A DNA stretch of 64,000 nucleotides from assembly GCA_964016885.1 (NCBI GenBank), contig OZ024759.1, forward strand, positions 13,764,001-13,828,000, in the 5' to 3' direction. This stretch comes from Eledone cirrhosa (taxonomy: Eukaryota). The notes under the pieces were generated by a model. It was not told the DNA's origin and did not search any database. It worked only from the letters and a program-made list of their open reading frames with translations. Made by a program: the position numbers and the translations under genes. Below, in pieces: positions 1-15,829 of this stretch. Each line of letters opens with the position of its first letter. Position 1 is the first letter of the stretch.

Positions 1-950
1 TTAAGGTGGTAGAAAAGCCAGGAACCACCATAAAATCCCTAATCAGCAAAACCTACCCTTTTAAGAAAACCCACTGTACTAATAGGAAATGTATCATATG
101 TAAGGTAAACCCCCGGATAAACTGTAAAACTAGAAACGTAGTCTATAGCATAAGATGTACAGAGGGTACTTGCAGAAACATGACAACAACATACATAGGC
201 GAGACAGCTCGTAGCATAGGTGAAAGGATAGACCAACCCTGGGGGGAACTAAAAGGACGAAAAAAACGGGTCAGTACTATACGAACATGCCAGACAACAC
301 AACGGTAACATAGACAACATAGAAATTAGAATAATATCTAAACATAGAAATGACCCAGCAGATAGGCAAATCAGAGAGGCCAGTGAAATAGAACTTAGAA
401 GGCCAAGACTAAACAGAAAGAATGAATGGAATAACAACAACACCCAAACAAACAACACTGACCTAAGAGAAGTATAAATAAATAATTAAATAAATACATA
501 CACAAGCACAATAACAACAAACACATATAAACACACACTAGTAAACATACAATACACAGTCACCCAATCACGAACACACATCAAACAAAACACTATACAC
601 ACACGCAAACGCATGCGCAAAGAAGACAAAATAAAATAAACAAACAAACAAATAAATAAATATATAAACAGACTAAATAAAGATGGCGTAGAAATACAAT
701 ACAACGGGAGGAATCTATAGCACCACTGACGATGTTGCAGATGTGCAACGAAAGAACTTTGATAAACTATATATATGTGTTTGTGTCTATATTGTATCTG
801 TATGATTTTTGACCGTTGGTCAGTCAATGGCAACATTGAGGACCGAATAAATTAGATTACCGATATAAAAGACAGAGAAGCGAAAAGCAACCAAACAGTG
901 AGTGTGTTCTGTTACTATTTCTGGCAATATTACACAAATATGACGCTACC
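1..950 (+). mobile_element. Penelope-like element 3' remnant (GIY-YIG endonuclease, frameshifted) and 3' UTR
   Basis: CKTRNVVYSIRC...YIGETARSIGERI; similar to 41680-42540. Confidence 0.8.
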
Positions 951-1046
<96 letters not shown>

Positions 1047-1055
1047 CACATACAC

Positions 1056-1383
1056 ATGGCTTAGTGGTTAGAGCATTGGCCTTGCAATCGAAAGGTTGTG
1101 AGTTCAATTCTCAGACTGGGTGATGTGTTGTTTTCTTGAGCAAGACACTTTATTTCACATTGCTCCAGTTTACAAGCTGTAGGAATGAGATGATAGGACT
1201 GGGGTCCCTATCATTCCACTGCAAAGTGGTCGTGGAGGTGCCACAGAAAAAAAAATCACCCAGCACTCACTGTAAATGAGGTTGGTGTTAGGAAGGGCAT
1301 CCAGCTGTAGAAATCAAGCTAGAATCAGTTCCCATCCCACCCTTGCAAGCAGGGAAAAGCAGACGTAAAATGATGATGATGAT
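1056..1383 (+). mobile_element. tRNA-derived SINE family A; other copies at about 2052-2312(+), 14569-14868(+), 14890-15180(+, different tail), 17332-17666(-), 25655-25997(+), 56105-56240(+), 57696-58040(-)
   Basis: A-box-like tggcttagtggttaga, B-box-like gagttcaattc, central ccttgagcaagacactt, and a (GAT)n tail resembling the RTE 3' end. Confidence 0.85.
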
Positions 1384-2001
1384 ATATATATATATATATC
1401 ATCATCATAACTGCTTAACATCCATTTTTCCACACTAACATGGGTTAGACAAATTATCCTGTTCTGAGACAAATCAGCTTAGATGACCTGTCTTGCTCAT
1501 ACAGAACTGATTATATATATATATATATATATCATCATCATAATTTTTCTATGCTAGTGTGGGTTAGACGAGGTGACCATGTCTTGCTCATACAGAACTG
1601 ATTTTGGCCTGGTTTCTACGGCTGGATGCCCTTCCTAACAACAACCATATTTACAGTGTGTACTGGGCGTCGTGATGCCTACATGACCACTTTACAATGT
1701 GGACTGGGTGCTTTTTACCGTGTCACCATCACAACCACTTTACAGTGTGGGGTTTCACTGGATGCATACTTTGGCCTGTCGATATATATATATAAGGTGT
1801 GTGCATTAATGTAGCTGTATACATATAAGTATGAGTATTTGTAGAACTGTTTCATTTGTATGAAATCAGCAGGAATGACATTCTAGTCCAGTAGAACCCA
1901 TTTCTATATTAAATAATGATGCATATACTCTAATGTATTGAGTATCTTTTGTAACTGTGGTTACCCACCCCACCCCCACCCCAACCTAATTTTACTCAGG
2001 A

Positions 2002-2056
<55 letters not shown>

Positions 2057-2999
2057 TGTTGTTTCCTTGAGCAAGACACTTTATTTCACATTGCTCCAGT
2101 TTACTCAGCTGTAGAAATGAGATGATAGGGACTGGGGTCCCTATCATTCCACTGCAAAGTGGTCGTGGAGGTGCCACGGCAAAAAAGCACCCAGCACTCA
2201 CTGTAAATGAGGTTGGTGTTAGGAAGGGCATCCAGCTGTAGAAATCAAGCCAGAATCAGTTCCCGTCCCACCCTTGCAAGCAGGGAAAAAGCGGACATAA
2301 AATGAAATGATGATATATATATATATAATTAGGAGACGAAGCAAATCAAATAGAACTGATATAACTTTGGCCCTTTCCCCACTCACTCGAAGAACAACTA
2401 ATTTCAAATTATTAAAATTCAAACTCAGCTCAGAGTGTACACTTTTGTTAATCAGTGAGGAAGATGACTTCGTAAGGGTAAGATGGTACGATACCCCGGC
2501 TGCTATAACAGTTTCTATGATCCCAATCTGCTTATGATGCACTGAAAGGTGCAGAATATTAGGTAATGATAGTACACATTATGTAAACTTGGTGTTTGGG
2601 ATGTTTCATCAGCAGGAGTTTGCCTCTCTCTTAAAGAAAGACAAGATGGCATGCTTGTTCCCTCAGTTACTGGTCGCAAGTGAAGATAGTAGTACTACTT
2701 CTAGTGATATGTGATGGTCACCTCAAAGAGGAGGTGACCAAGTTCAGGGAATCACGTTGGCAATGAAATTCACTTTAAAAGATATGATTATTACCAAAAG
2801 CACTCAACCAGTGAGCTTTCAAATAGAAAACAAATACAGTACAGCAAATAAAAGATAAATTGAACTAGGTAAAAATAGATGCAGTATAGGTCACTGGGAG
2901 TTAAAATACTTAGGAGACGAAGCAAGTCGAATAGAACAGACATATATATATTGGTAAAAACAGGAGCAAGCAGGAGAAAGCTCTCTACATCAGAAGTGT

Positions 3000-3530
3000 G
3001 TAGTTACAATGGAGATTCAGTATAGGAATAACATTAAGAAACGATTTATGTAACATTAGCATCTAGACACAGAACTTTGGTTGGAAACTATTAGTAATAG
3101 AATGCAAATCCTCCATTCACATTATGCCAAACCCATGACCACCAAATACCTGATCCACAAAAACTCAGTTGTTTCAGATCACATAAAAATCAAAATCAAT
3201 TCATCCACTACATGCAGTTCTCTGGCTACAATCAGAGAGACAAGATCAGGGTATATAAAGGAGCTAGAACCAAATGGGCAAAGATTGTAGAAAATGATGC
3301 AAATGGAACTTTCCCAAAGTTTAGGAGCAAATCTTCGTACAGAATAGAAAGGATTAGAAATAAGCCAAATAAAATAAACTAATTGTATGATAGCAATAAA
3401 TACAGCCCCTAGAGGTGAACTAGCTAAAATATTTAAAAGGGCCCTAGACAAGTTCAAATTAAATATTAAGATAGTTGAAAGACCAGGTATTCCCATAAAA
3501 ACCTTAATTAGTAAAACATACCATTTCAGT
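3000..3530 (+). mobile_element. Degenerate Penelope-like RT C-terminal fragment
   Basis: ILHSHYAKPMTTKYLIHKNS and a downstream segment similar to positions 1-60 (PGIPIKTLISKTYH). Confidence 0.6.
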
Positions 3531-3949
3531 TGATTAGTTTAAGAGAAGTTCGAGATAATTGTAAGATATGCACTCAGTATTTTGAATCTATCTACAGAAT
3601 TCTCTAAACCTTTGTCACTTGGTAGAACCTTAATGAATTTAGCTTTTAAAGAATCTCCCTTTCCTTTAATTCTATCTACCAAGACTGACCCCCCACTGAT
3701 CTTATAGACATCTGTTAGCTTAAGAGAAACTTAATGACAAGGAATGGTATGCCATCCAGAACCTGTTTATAGAATTCTGTCTGCCTTTGTTACTAAAAAC
3801 AAAAATTAATAAAAATAAACTATAGCTTTGTAGAATTAGCTTTTAATGAATTCCTTTTCTATCAACCAATGACCTACACCCATCCCACTCCCCACCCTCT
3901 CCTACCACTTGTAGAGACCTATAAATACCATATTTATTTTTTGATACCC

Positions 3950-4000
3950 AGATTCCTGATGATTTCTAAAGAATGAAACAGTTCTAGTCCTGTAGAATCT
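3950..4000 (+). ncRNA. Type I hammerhead ribozyme motif
   Basis: AGATTC-CTGATGA-T TTC TAAA GAA T-GAAA-CAG ttctagtc CTG-TA-GAATCT; stem I is 6 bp and the cleavage triplet is GUA. Confidence 0.75.
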
Positions 4001-4379
4001 CATCTATATTAAAACTATATCATATATATATATACACACACAGTTAGATATAAGGCCTCGGTGTATAAGGTGGCCTTGACATTAACAAACTATGTTTGTA
4101 TAGTTTCAGACACTTCAATTTAAACTTGTTTCTCCTCAGCTTTGAATAGGTATTCATTGATGCATGCAATGTATGTATATATGTTTGATTTTTGCATCTA
4201 TGTATAAGTGTTTGTGTAAGAGTATATGTATCTATAGATGTGTACAGTTTTTGTGTATATTTGGGTATATGTTGATGTATGTGTATGTATGGGGATAATG
4301 AATGAAACACAATTTTATAAATCTAAATTTTCTCTATATAAATTTTCTGTGTTTGTTTTTTACTTTTATTTTTGATCAG

Positions 4380-4777
4380 GTGAAGATCGATGGCTTTGCA
4401 CATTGCTTTTGCAGCAAGGGTATCGTGTGGAATACTGTGCTGCATCTGATGCATCCACATTTGCTCCAGAGAGTTTCAATGAGTTTTTCAACCAACGGCG
4501 CCGATGGATTCCCTCTACAATGGCAAACGTCCTAGATGTGTTACAGAACTGGCGGACCGTCATAAAAAAAAATGAAGATATATCTGCTCTCTATATATTC
4601 TATCAATTGTTGCTCTTTCTGTTGACACTCTTAACACCAGGAACAATATTCTTACTAATAGTTGGTGCCATCAGCACAGCATTTCCATCCATCACCCTTA
4701 TTGACTCTTTTATCATAAACATTTTACCAATATTTATTTTCGTCTTTATTTGTATGTATTTCACAACAGCAGCGCAG
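4380..4777 (+). CDS. CHS: Chitin synthase exon (catalytic GEDRW and QRRRW motifs plus transmembrane helices); upstream exons not identified in this window
   Basis: Translation (G)EDRWLCTLLLQQGYRVEYCAASDASTFAPESFNEFFNQRRRWIPST. Polypyrimidine tract and cag acceptor ending at 4379; donor CAG|gtgagt at 4778 (phase 0). Confidence 0.95.
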
Positions 4778-4789
4778 GTGAGTCATTAT

Positions 4790-5922
4790 ATTAACCCTTT
4801 CATTACCATATTTCTAATGAAAGACACTGTCTATGTCATTAACCCTTTCATCACCGTATGTCTAATGAAAGACACTGTCTATCACATTAACCCTTCCATT
4901 ACCATATTTCTAATGAAAGACACTGTCTATGTCATTAACCCTATCATTACCATATTTCTAATGAAAGACACTGTCTATGTCATTAACCCTTTCATTACCA
5001 TATTTCTAATGAAAGACACTGTCTATGTCGTTAACCCTTTCATCACCATATTTGTAATGAAAGACACAGTCTATGTCATTAACCCTTTCATTACCATATT
5101 TCTAATGAAAGACACTGTCTATGACATTAACCCTTTCATCACCATATTTCTAATGAAAGACACTGTCTATGTCATTAACCCTTTCATCAACGTATGTCTA
5201 ATGAAAGACACTGTCTATGTCATTAACCCTTTCATTACCATATTTCTAATGAAAGACACTGTCTATGTCATTAACCCTTTCATCACCATATTTGTAATGA
5301 AAGACACAGTCTATGTCTTTAACCCTTTCATTACCATATTTTTAATGAAAGACATTGTCTATGTCATTAACCCTTCCATTACCATATTTCTAATGATAGA
5401 CACTGACTATCTCATTAACCCTTCCATTACCATATTTCTAATGAAAGACACTGTCTATGTCATTAACCCTATCATTACCATATTTCTAATGAAAGACACT
5501 GTCTATGTCATTAACCCTTTCATTACCATATTTCTAATGAAAGACACTGTCTATGTCATTAACCCTTCCATTACCATATTTCTAATGAAAGAGACTACCT
5601 ATGTCATTAACCCTTTCATTTCCATAGTTCTAATGAAAGACACTGTCTATGTCGTTAACCCTTTCATCACCATATTTGTAATGAAAGACACAGTCTATGT
5701 CATTAACCCTTTCATCACCGTATGTCTAATGAAAGACACTGTCTATGTCTTTAACCCTTTCATTACCATATTTCTAATGAAAGACACTGTATACGTCATT
5801 AACCCTTTCATTACCATATTTCTAATGAAAGACACTGTCTATGTCATTAACCTTTTCATTACCATATTTCTAATGAAAGACACTACCTATGACATTAACC
5901 CTTTCATTAAAATATTTCTAAT
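4790..5922 (+). repeat. 48-bp minisatellite, about 23-24 copies, intronic
   Basis: Unit ttaaccctttcattaccatatttctaatgaaagacactgtctatgtca. Confidence 0.95.
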
Positions 5923-6507
5923 TTGATTGAATTATGATGGAAGGTTTTTTTGTCAAAATACATGAAGTGTCTTGCTCAAGGACACAACATCTACCTGGGA
6001 CTCAAACTTTCAACCTTATGATCATATGTCAAACACCCTAATTACTAGGTCATGTACTTTCTCACCTGTGTATATACCTTTATGTTGTCTTACACCTCTG
6101 TCAGTTCCAGTGGCTGAGCATTCCAATTGATACAACGAAAAGTACATCTTGCTTGTGAAATTAATTTGCCAGTGACTGAGCATAGCACAGACATGTGCAC
6201 CCTTAACATAGTCCTCAGGGAGATTCAGCATGACACAGAGTATGACAAAGCAGGTCTTTGAATAACAGATACACCTCATTCTTGCCAATTGAGTAGACTT
6301 GTGCAAGATGAAATAAAGTATCTTGCTCAAGGACACAACACACCACTGGAAATTAAACTCAATACATTATGAACATGAGTGAAACACTGTAACCCCTAAA
6401 CCACCTGCCTTCACACCTGTGTGTCTACATTGTCGGGGGTTCTCGTATCAGATAGCTATTTACATTTGTACCCCTTGTTGCTGTTGCTATTCTCACCTGC
6501 ATATATA

Positions 6508-6705
6508 CGAGGGTCGGCTGAAATGTTCATAGGCTGACCAAGATACTCTCATGGAATGACCGAATGAGATTTGTTTTTCAATCTAGTCCCTGGAAAGAAA
6601 CAATGCAGTTATTAATAAGAAAAGTTGAAATTAATGCATGCAAGATTTCACAGCTCTAGCATCATTCCTTCATATTCAGCCTATGAACTTTTCAGCTGAC
6701 CCTCA
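6508..6705. mobile_element. Mariner-type MITE or internally deleted element
   Basis: TA|cgagggtcggctgaaatgttcataggctga ... tcagcctatgaacttttcagctgaccctca|TA; terminal inverted repeats of about 30 bp. Confidence 0.8.
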
Positions 6706-6761
6706 TACATTATTGTTGATTTTCGTTGTGATTAACTTGTACACCTTTCTTTCTTTCACAG

Positions 6762-7428
6762 CTTTTTGCTGGTGCCATTTTCACCTGCATATATACATTG
6801 TTAATGATTCTGGTTGTGATTGGTTTGATATTGCAAATGTCCAATGAAGGTCTCTGTTCACCAACTACGATATTCTTCCTGTTTTTGATTGGCATATTTA
6901 TTTTTGCTGGCTTACTACATCCTTTAGAATTCAAGAACATTATCCATGGTCCAGTATATTTACTGACAGCACCAAGTACTGGGATGTTGATGATTGTTTA
7001 TGCCCTATGTAACATGAACAAGATAAACTGGGGAACCCGAGAATCATATTACAAAACCGAGGAAGAGAAAGTAATGAGCGAGAGAAAATCAAAATTGGAT
7101 CAGGATAAGACATGGTGGTCGTTTCTAAGGAGAAACAAAAACAAACCATTCAAGTTTGGGAATATATTTAAGTGTATGTGTTGTGAGAAAGCAGCCACTA
7201 TTGCCAATAACATTAAGTTAGACACTGTTCTTAATAAACTAGATATTATTGAAAGACGACTTGATGGAGATTATAACAAGGGAGCGTATGTAGAGGAGAC
7301 TGTCGTGGGATCAGTAATTGCCCGTGATGAACATTCAAGGAAAGGTAGCTGTGCAAGACTGTCTCATCACGAGAGAAAAGTCAGTTTTGCTGCTAAATCA
7401 AACCTAAGTGAAAGCGACACAGAATCCA
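6762..7428 (+). CDS. CHS: Chitin synthase exon (transmembrane helices, WGTRE motif, coiled coil)
   Basis: Acceptor ttctttcacag| gives phase 0, matching the previous donor. Translation LFAGAIF...LHPLEF...ALCNMNKINWGTRE...KLDTVLNKLDIIERRL. Donor A|gtaagt at 7429 (phase 1). Confidence 0.93.
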
Positions 7429-7468
7429 GTAAGTAAAACACATCAGATATTCTTGATATGTTTATATA

Positions 7469-7710
7469 TATATCAAATAGAAATTGATTGACATATATAT
7501 ATCTAAAATAAACACATGAAACAATCACAGGGGATAATTTGTAAAGTGTGTAAGCACTTAAAAGGTATCTATATTTGAAGTTCTAGTTAAACTTTAATTA
7601 GTTACCTACCTAGCTGTGTGTGCTTACACACTTTACAATTTATCCCCTGTGATTGTTTCATGTGTTTATTTTAGATATATATATATGTCAATCAATTTCT
7701 AGTTGATATA
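7469..7710. repeat. Long inverted repeat (arms about 90 bp), 40 bp after the exon donor
   Basis: gaaattgattgac...cacaggggataatttgtaaagtgtgtaagcac versus gtgcttacacactttacaatttatcccctgtg...gtcaatcaatttc. Confidence 0.9.
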
Positions 7711-7804
7711 AAATGCTCGGATCTATTAATTGGAATCTTTGAGCATATTCTACAGTCAATATGGCGTATGTCTCTTGGACATGACACCCTTAATTTAATT
7801 TTGG

Positions 7805-7843
<39 letters not shown>

Positions 7844-8048
7844 CATGTATATGTGTGTATATATATATGTATATGTGCGTGTATGTATATATATGTATGT
7901 ATGTGTATATATGTGTATATATATGTTTGTGTGTGTGTATATGTAGTATATATGTATGTGTGTATATATGTATATATATATATGTATATATATATATGTA
8001 TATATATATATGTATATATGTATATATATATATGTATATATGTATATA

Positions 8049-9352
8049 CAGGGTGTAGACAATATTTGTTTGCTAGATTACTGTCTAGGAAAAATAACAC
8101 AGTAGTTTTATTTTTTAAGATATATTTATCAAACTTGGGTCAGTTTGTCTTTATGACTAGTTCTTTCGATCTCACTCGATAAACCCACCATTGGCTTTGA
8201 TGACGACCTCAAGGCGGCCTCGGAACCGGCTACAGGCCTTCGTCACTGTCCCCCGACTTAGGCCCCTAAAGGCACTTGTGATCCTAGCCTTCAGATCGTC
8301 TTTCGTATTGCAGCTAGATCTGTTGGTGTCTCGTTCCACTGCACCCCACACAAAGAAGTCGAGGGGATTGCAGTCAGGCGAGCTGGGAGGCCAGATGTCA
8401 GGTGAAGTGTAGTCGACGAAGTTCTCTGTCAGCCAGGCTTGGGTCTTTCGGCTGGTATGGCAGAGCACTGAGTCTTGCTGCCACACATACGGCCTACCTG
8501 CAGCTACCTGGTCGATCCATTGCTTTATTATCTCGCTAAGAACGCGGATGTAGCCATCAGTGTTCAGCTTGAGGCCCTCAGGGAAGAAGTAAGGTAGCAT
8601 GACGTCACCTTGAATGCTGACGATACCTAAGACCAATGTTGTTGCTGGAAACTTTGTCTGCATGACTCTGGGCACATCTTTGGATGAGACAGCGAGCCAC
8701 CTATTGTTCTGGGAGTTGATCTTCTGGTCTTGGCAGAAGTTTCTCTCATCGGAGAAAACCACAGCATGTCTGGCTCCAGTGGGTGTTTCAACTTGTTGAT
8801 CAGCTTTTTTGCGTGCTTCAGTCGCTTTTCTTGCTTCGTGTTTGACAGAAATTGTCCCTTCCTCATCTTGTATGAAATGTAGCGAATGTATTCATGTACC
8901 ACCAGCCTAATGAGCTTTTCATCCACGCCTTTCTCCCTTGCAATGGCACGCATCGACTTGCTAGGTTCATTGTTGATGATATCCTAACTTCAGCGACGAA
9001 CTCAGGCATTCTGAAGGCGTCAGATCGTCGATCATGTGTTTTCCTCTCTGATGTTGCTTCGTAGTCGAATCCTGAATCTTCCAATTCCTTTCTGACCTTT
9101 TCCACCATTCTCCTGCTGACGCTGAGAAAGTCTGAAATTTCCTTATTTGTCCTCCCGGCGCGGATTCCAAGAAGAACTCCGTGTCTCTTCCACAAATTTG
9201 GAGTTTAAAAATTATTCATAATCAATTATTCTGAAAATAAATAATGGAAATATAGTCACTGTTTTTATGAAGACAAGAGTGACAATGGAAGTAAAAGAAA
9301 TTTGCATAAAATTAGCAGTTGAATATTGCGAACAAATATCGTCCACACCCTG
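8049..9352 (-). mobile_element. Full-length Tc1/mariner element, DD37D (maT-type), transposase frameshifted
   Basis: TIRs cagggtgtagacaatatttgtttgc / gcgaacaaatatcgtccacaccctg flanked by TA. Motifs FSDE, WQQD and WPPSSPDCNPLD with 37 residues between the 2nd and 3rd D. ORF is split over three frames. Confidence 0.9.
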
Positions 9353-9356
9353 TATA

Positions 9357-9413
<57 letters not shown>

Positions 9414-9928
9414 ATGTATATATATGTATGTATTTACGTATATGTATGTATGTACACATATATATATATATATATGTTTGTTGTGTGTGTGCGTGTACAT
9501 GCGTGAATGTGCTTGTCGACACCTGGAATATATATTAAGAGAAACTTCACAATAAGGGGAAGCACCCCAACACTTGAATCTGTTTATAGAACCCTTTCTG
9601 CCTTTGTCCCCCTTATTTCAGCCTTAAAGAATTAGCTTCTAAAGAATTTCCCTTTTCTTTAAACCAATGAACCCCACCCATCTTGTAGACACCTGTCTTA
9701 CAGGCATTGTTAGTTTAAGAGATAAACAAGGATTGGTAATCCAAATTTGAATTTGTTTACAGTATTCTTTCTGCCTTTGTTAATATTATAGCTTTAAAGA
9801 ATTAGCTTTTAATGAACTCCCTTTTCTTTAAATCTTTCAAAACCAATGACCTCCACGCATCCCAATCCTCACCCTCTCCTACCACTAGAAAAGAAAAGAT
9901 ATAAATACCACCACTTACATGGACAGCC

Positions 9929-9979
9929 AGCCTCCTGATGATTTCTCCCGAATGAAACAGTTCTAGACATGTAGAAGCT
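9929..9979 (+). ncRNA. Type I hammerhead motif (same family as 3950 and 17855), slightly degenerate
   Basis: AGCCTC-CTGATGA-T TTC TCCC GAA T-GAAA-CAG..ATG-TA-GAAGCT. Confidence 0.6.
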
Positions 9980-10291
9980 CTTCTATATTAAAATATATAT
10001 ATATGTAGGATATCATCATTATCGTTTAACATCTATCTTCCACGCTAGCATGGGTTTAGACACGGAAATTGTCCCACTTGAGGCAAGATTGGTCATCTCG
10101 CTCGTATGGGACTGTCTGGCAGGTTTTCTACGGCTGGATGCCCTTCCTAACACCAACCACGTTTACAGTGTGGACTGGGAGCTTTTTAGCGTGTTACCTA
10201 CACAACCACATTACAGCGTGGACTGTGTGTTCTTTTTGTCGTGACTCCTACATGACCTCATTTATTTAGGACTGGATGTTGTGGTACTAGC

Positions 10292-10370
<79 letters not shown>

Positions 10371-10424
10371 TATATATATATGTATGTGTATATATATATG
10401 TATGTGTGTATATATATATATATG

Positions 10425-10665
10425 TAGAATAGAAAACGAAAAATCAGTGATGCATTTGAACTGAATTTAGTGTGTGCTACAATTGTTTCACCGGTGGACA
10501 ACTCGAGACGTGACCATTGTGTGAATCTGTCTGATTCTGGATCCGTAGGTTTGACGGACATGTGTAATGATTTTGGAGCATATTCTCTCTTGTCCGCCGG
10601 CATAACAATTGTAACACACAATTAATTGAGTTCAGATGCATCACTGATTTTTCGTTTTCTATTCT
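10425..10665. repeat. Fold-back element, same family as 47703-47996
   Basis: gaatagaaaacgaaaaatcagtgatgcat... mirrored by ...atgcatcactgatttttcgttttctattc; retains the GAAA-CAATTG-TA half of a hammerhead. Confidence 0.85.
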
Positions 10666-10744
10666 ATCATACTCTGCTCTGTAAGAGCATAGAGTGCTCA
10701 ACCGGCATATCGCCTATGGAAGCATCTTAGCTACCATCAGACAC

Positions 10745-13934
<3,190 letters not shown>

Positions 13935-14440
13935 CATCATCATCATCAACGTTTAACGTCCGTGTTCCACGCTTGCATGGGTTTGGACGGGGGTAGTCCC
14001 ACTTGAGGCAAGAGTGATTGTCTTGCTCGCATAAGACTGTCTGGCAGGTTTTCTACAGTTGGATGCCCTTCCTAACACCAACCACATTTACAGTGTGGGT
14101 CTGGGAGGTTTTTACCGTGTTGCCTACACGGCCACATTACAGCGTGGACTGTGTGTTTTTTTGTCGTGACACCTACACGATCTCATTTGTTTCGGCCTAT
14201 GGCGCGGCACCAACATAACTTTACATAGAACGGGGTGGTGTGGATGGGGTGGGGGTGGTGGTGGTGGGACGGGGTGTATTTTGTTAGAGATGCCTACTGG
14301 TTGGAGTAGGTTTTACTATATATTTAGGTAAGGCGGGTCTTCTCTGTTACTGAGTACCACCAAAGGTCTCGGTCCAGTGACATTGTCTTGGAGAGGTGTA
14401 AGTGTGTGATGTCGGAGTTTATCAGCTCGTCCCAGCTTTT
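13935..14440 (-). mobile_element. RTE-clade LINE 3' end
   Basis: [25 protein letters not shown] plus the family 3' UTR and (GAT)n tail. Confidence 0.85.
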
Positions 14441-15348
14441 TATATATATATATATACATACATACATATATATACATATATATATATATATACATACATA
14501 TATATACATATATATACATACATATATATATATATACATGCATATATATATATATATATACATGCATACATGGCTTAGTGGTTAGAGCATTGGCCTTGCA
14601 ATCGAAAAGTTGTGAGTTCAAATCTCAGACCGGGCGATGTGTTGTTTCCTTGAGCAAGACACTTTATTTCACATTGCTCCAGTTTACTCAGCTGTATAAA
14701 TTAGATGAAAGTGGTCGTGGAGGTGCCACGGTAAAAAAGCACCCAGCACTCACTGTAAATGAGGTTGGTGTTAGGAAGGGCATCCAGCTGTAGAAATCAA
14801 GCCAGCATCAGTTCCCGTCCCACCCTTGCAAGCAGGGAAAAAGTGGACGTAAAATGAAATGATGATGATATATATATATATATATATATGTGTGGTGAAG
14901 GTGCATGGCTTAGTTGATAGAGCAGTAGGCTTGCAATTGAAAGGTTGTGAGTTAAATTCTCAGACCAGATGATGTGTTGTTTCCTTGAGCAAGACACTTT
15001 ATTTCACGTTGCTCCAGTTTACTCAGCTGAAAATGAGCACCAGCAATAGCTGGAGGTTTAACCCTACGATGGACTGGCGTCCTGTCCAGGGGGAAGTCTA
15101 TACTCTCAGTCACTTCACGCTATGAAACCAGGATAAGCACCGGCCAAATGAGCCTTCTGGCTTAAGACAGACTTTAGACTTACGGCCTGCCCGCCCAGCC
15201 AGTGGGATGGCGTCATTGTATGGCTAAAACAGCACGTGCTGTAACCAGCAGCGCCTGACAGACTGGTCGGTCTAGGTGATCAAGGTGATATATATATGTG
15301 TATATATATATATATATAAGTATGTGTATATATATATATATATATATG

Positions 15349-15379
<31 letters not shown>

Positions 15380-15388
15380 TTGTATGTG

Positions 15389-15454
<66 letters not shown>

Positions 15455-15680
15455 AATGTGTGTATATATATATATACATATATATATACATATACAGATA
15501 AATCCACCAATTAATGGTAGGGTCCAAGCCGTATGAAGAACTCAATGTAATCCATATGTAGATGTCGTGAAGCAAAGTTTAAAATACAAAATGTCAACGA
15601 TATAATTCATTGGAAGCAGAGTCAAAATAATACAAATAGTGAAAACAATGAAATTAAACAAAATACGGGTAATTCATAGT

Positions 15681-15829
15681 AAAACTCATTATTTTACGAT
15701 CGTTTCTGGGGTGTAGTTTTCCGTATGTTCATTCTATTAGTGATATATGTAAAATATATTACAAATTATCAAAGTAAGAAAATATACATATGGCTTCCCT
15801 ACCTGCCATCTTCAGAAATAATGAGTTTT
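15681..15829 (-). ncRNA. Type I hammerhead motif with a ~100-nt stem II region
   Basis: Minus strand: AAAACTCATTATTT-CTGAAGA-TGG...CCA-GAAA-CGATCG-TA-AAATAATGAGTTTT; 14-bp stem I and palindromic stem III. Confidence 0.7.

Noticed and set aside
1056-1125. tRNA-like sequence
   Set aside because: It is the head of a multi-copy SINE, with no complete cloverleaf.
4790-5922. CRISPR-like regular array
   Set aside because: Head-to-tail units without unique spacers, eukaryotic intron, no cas genes.
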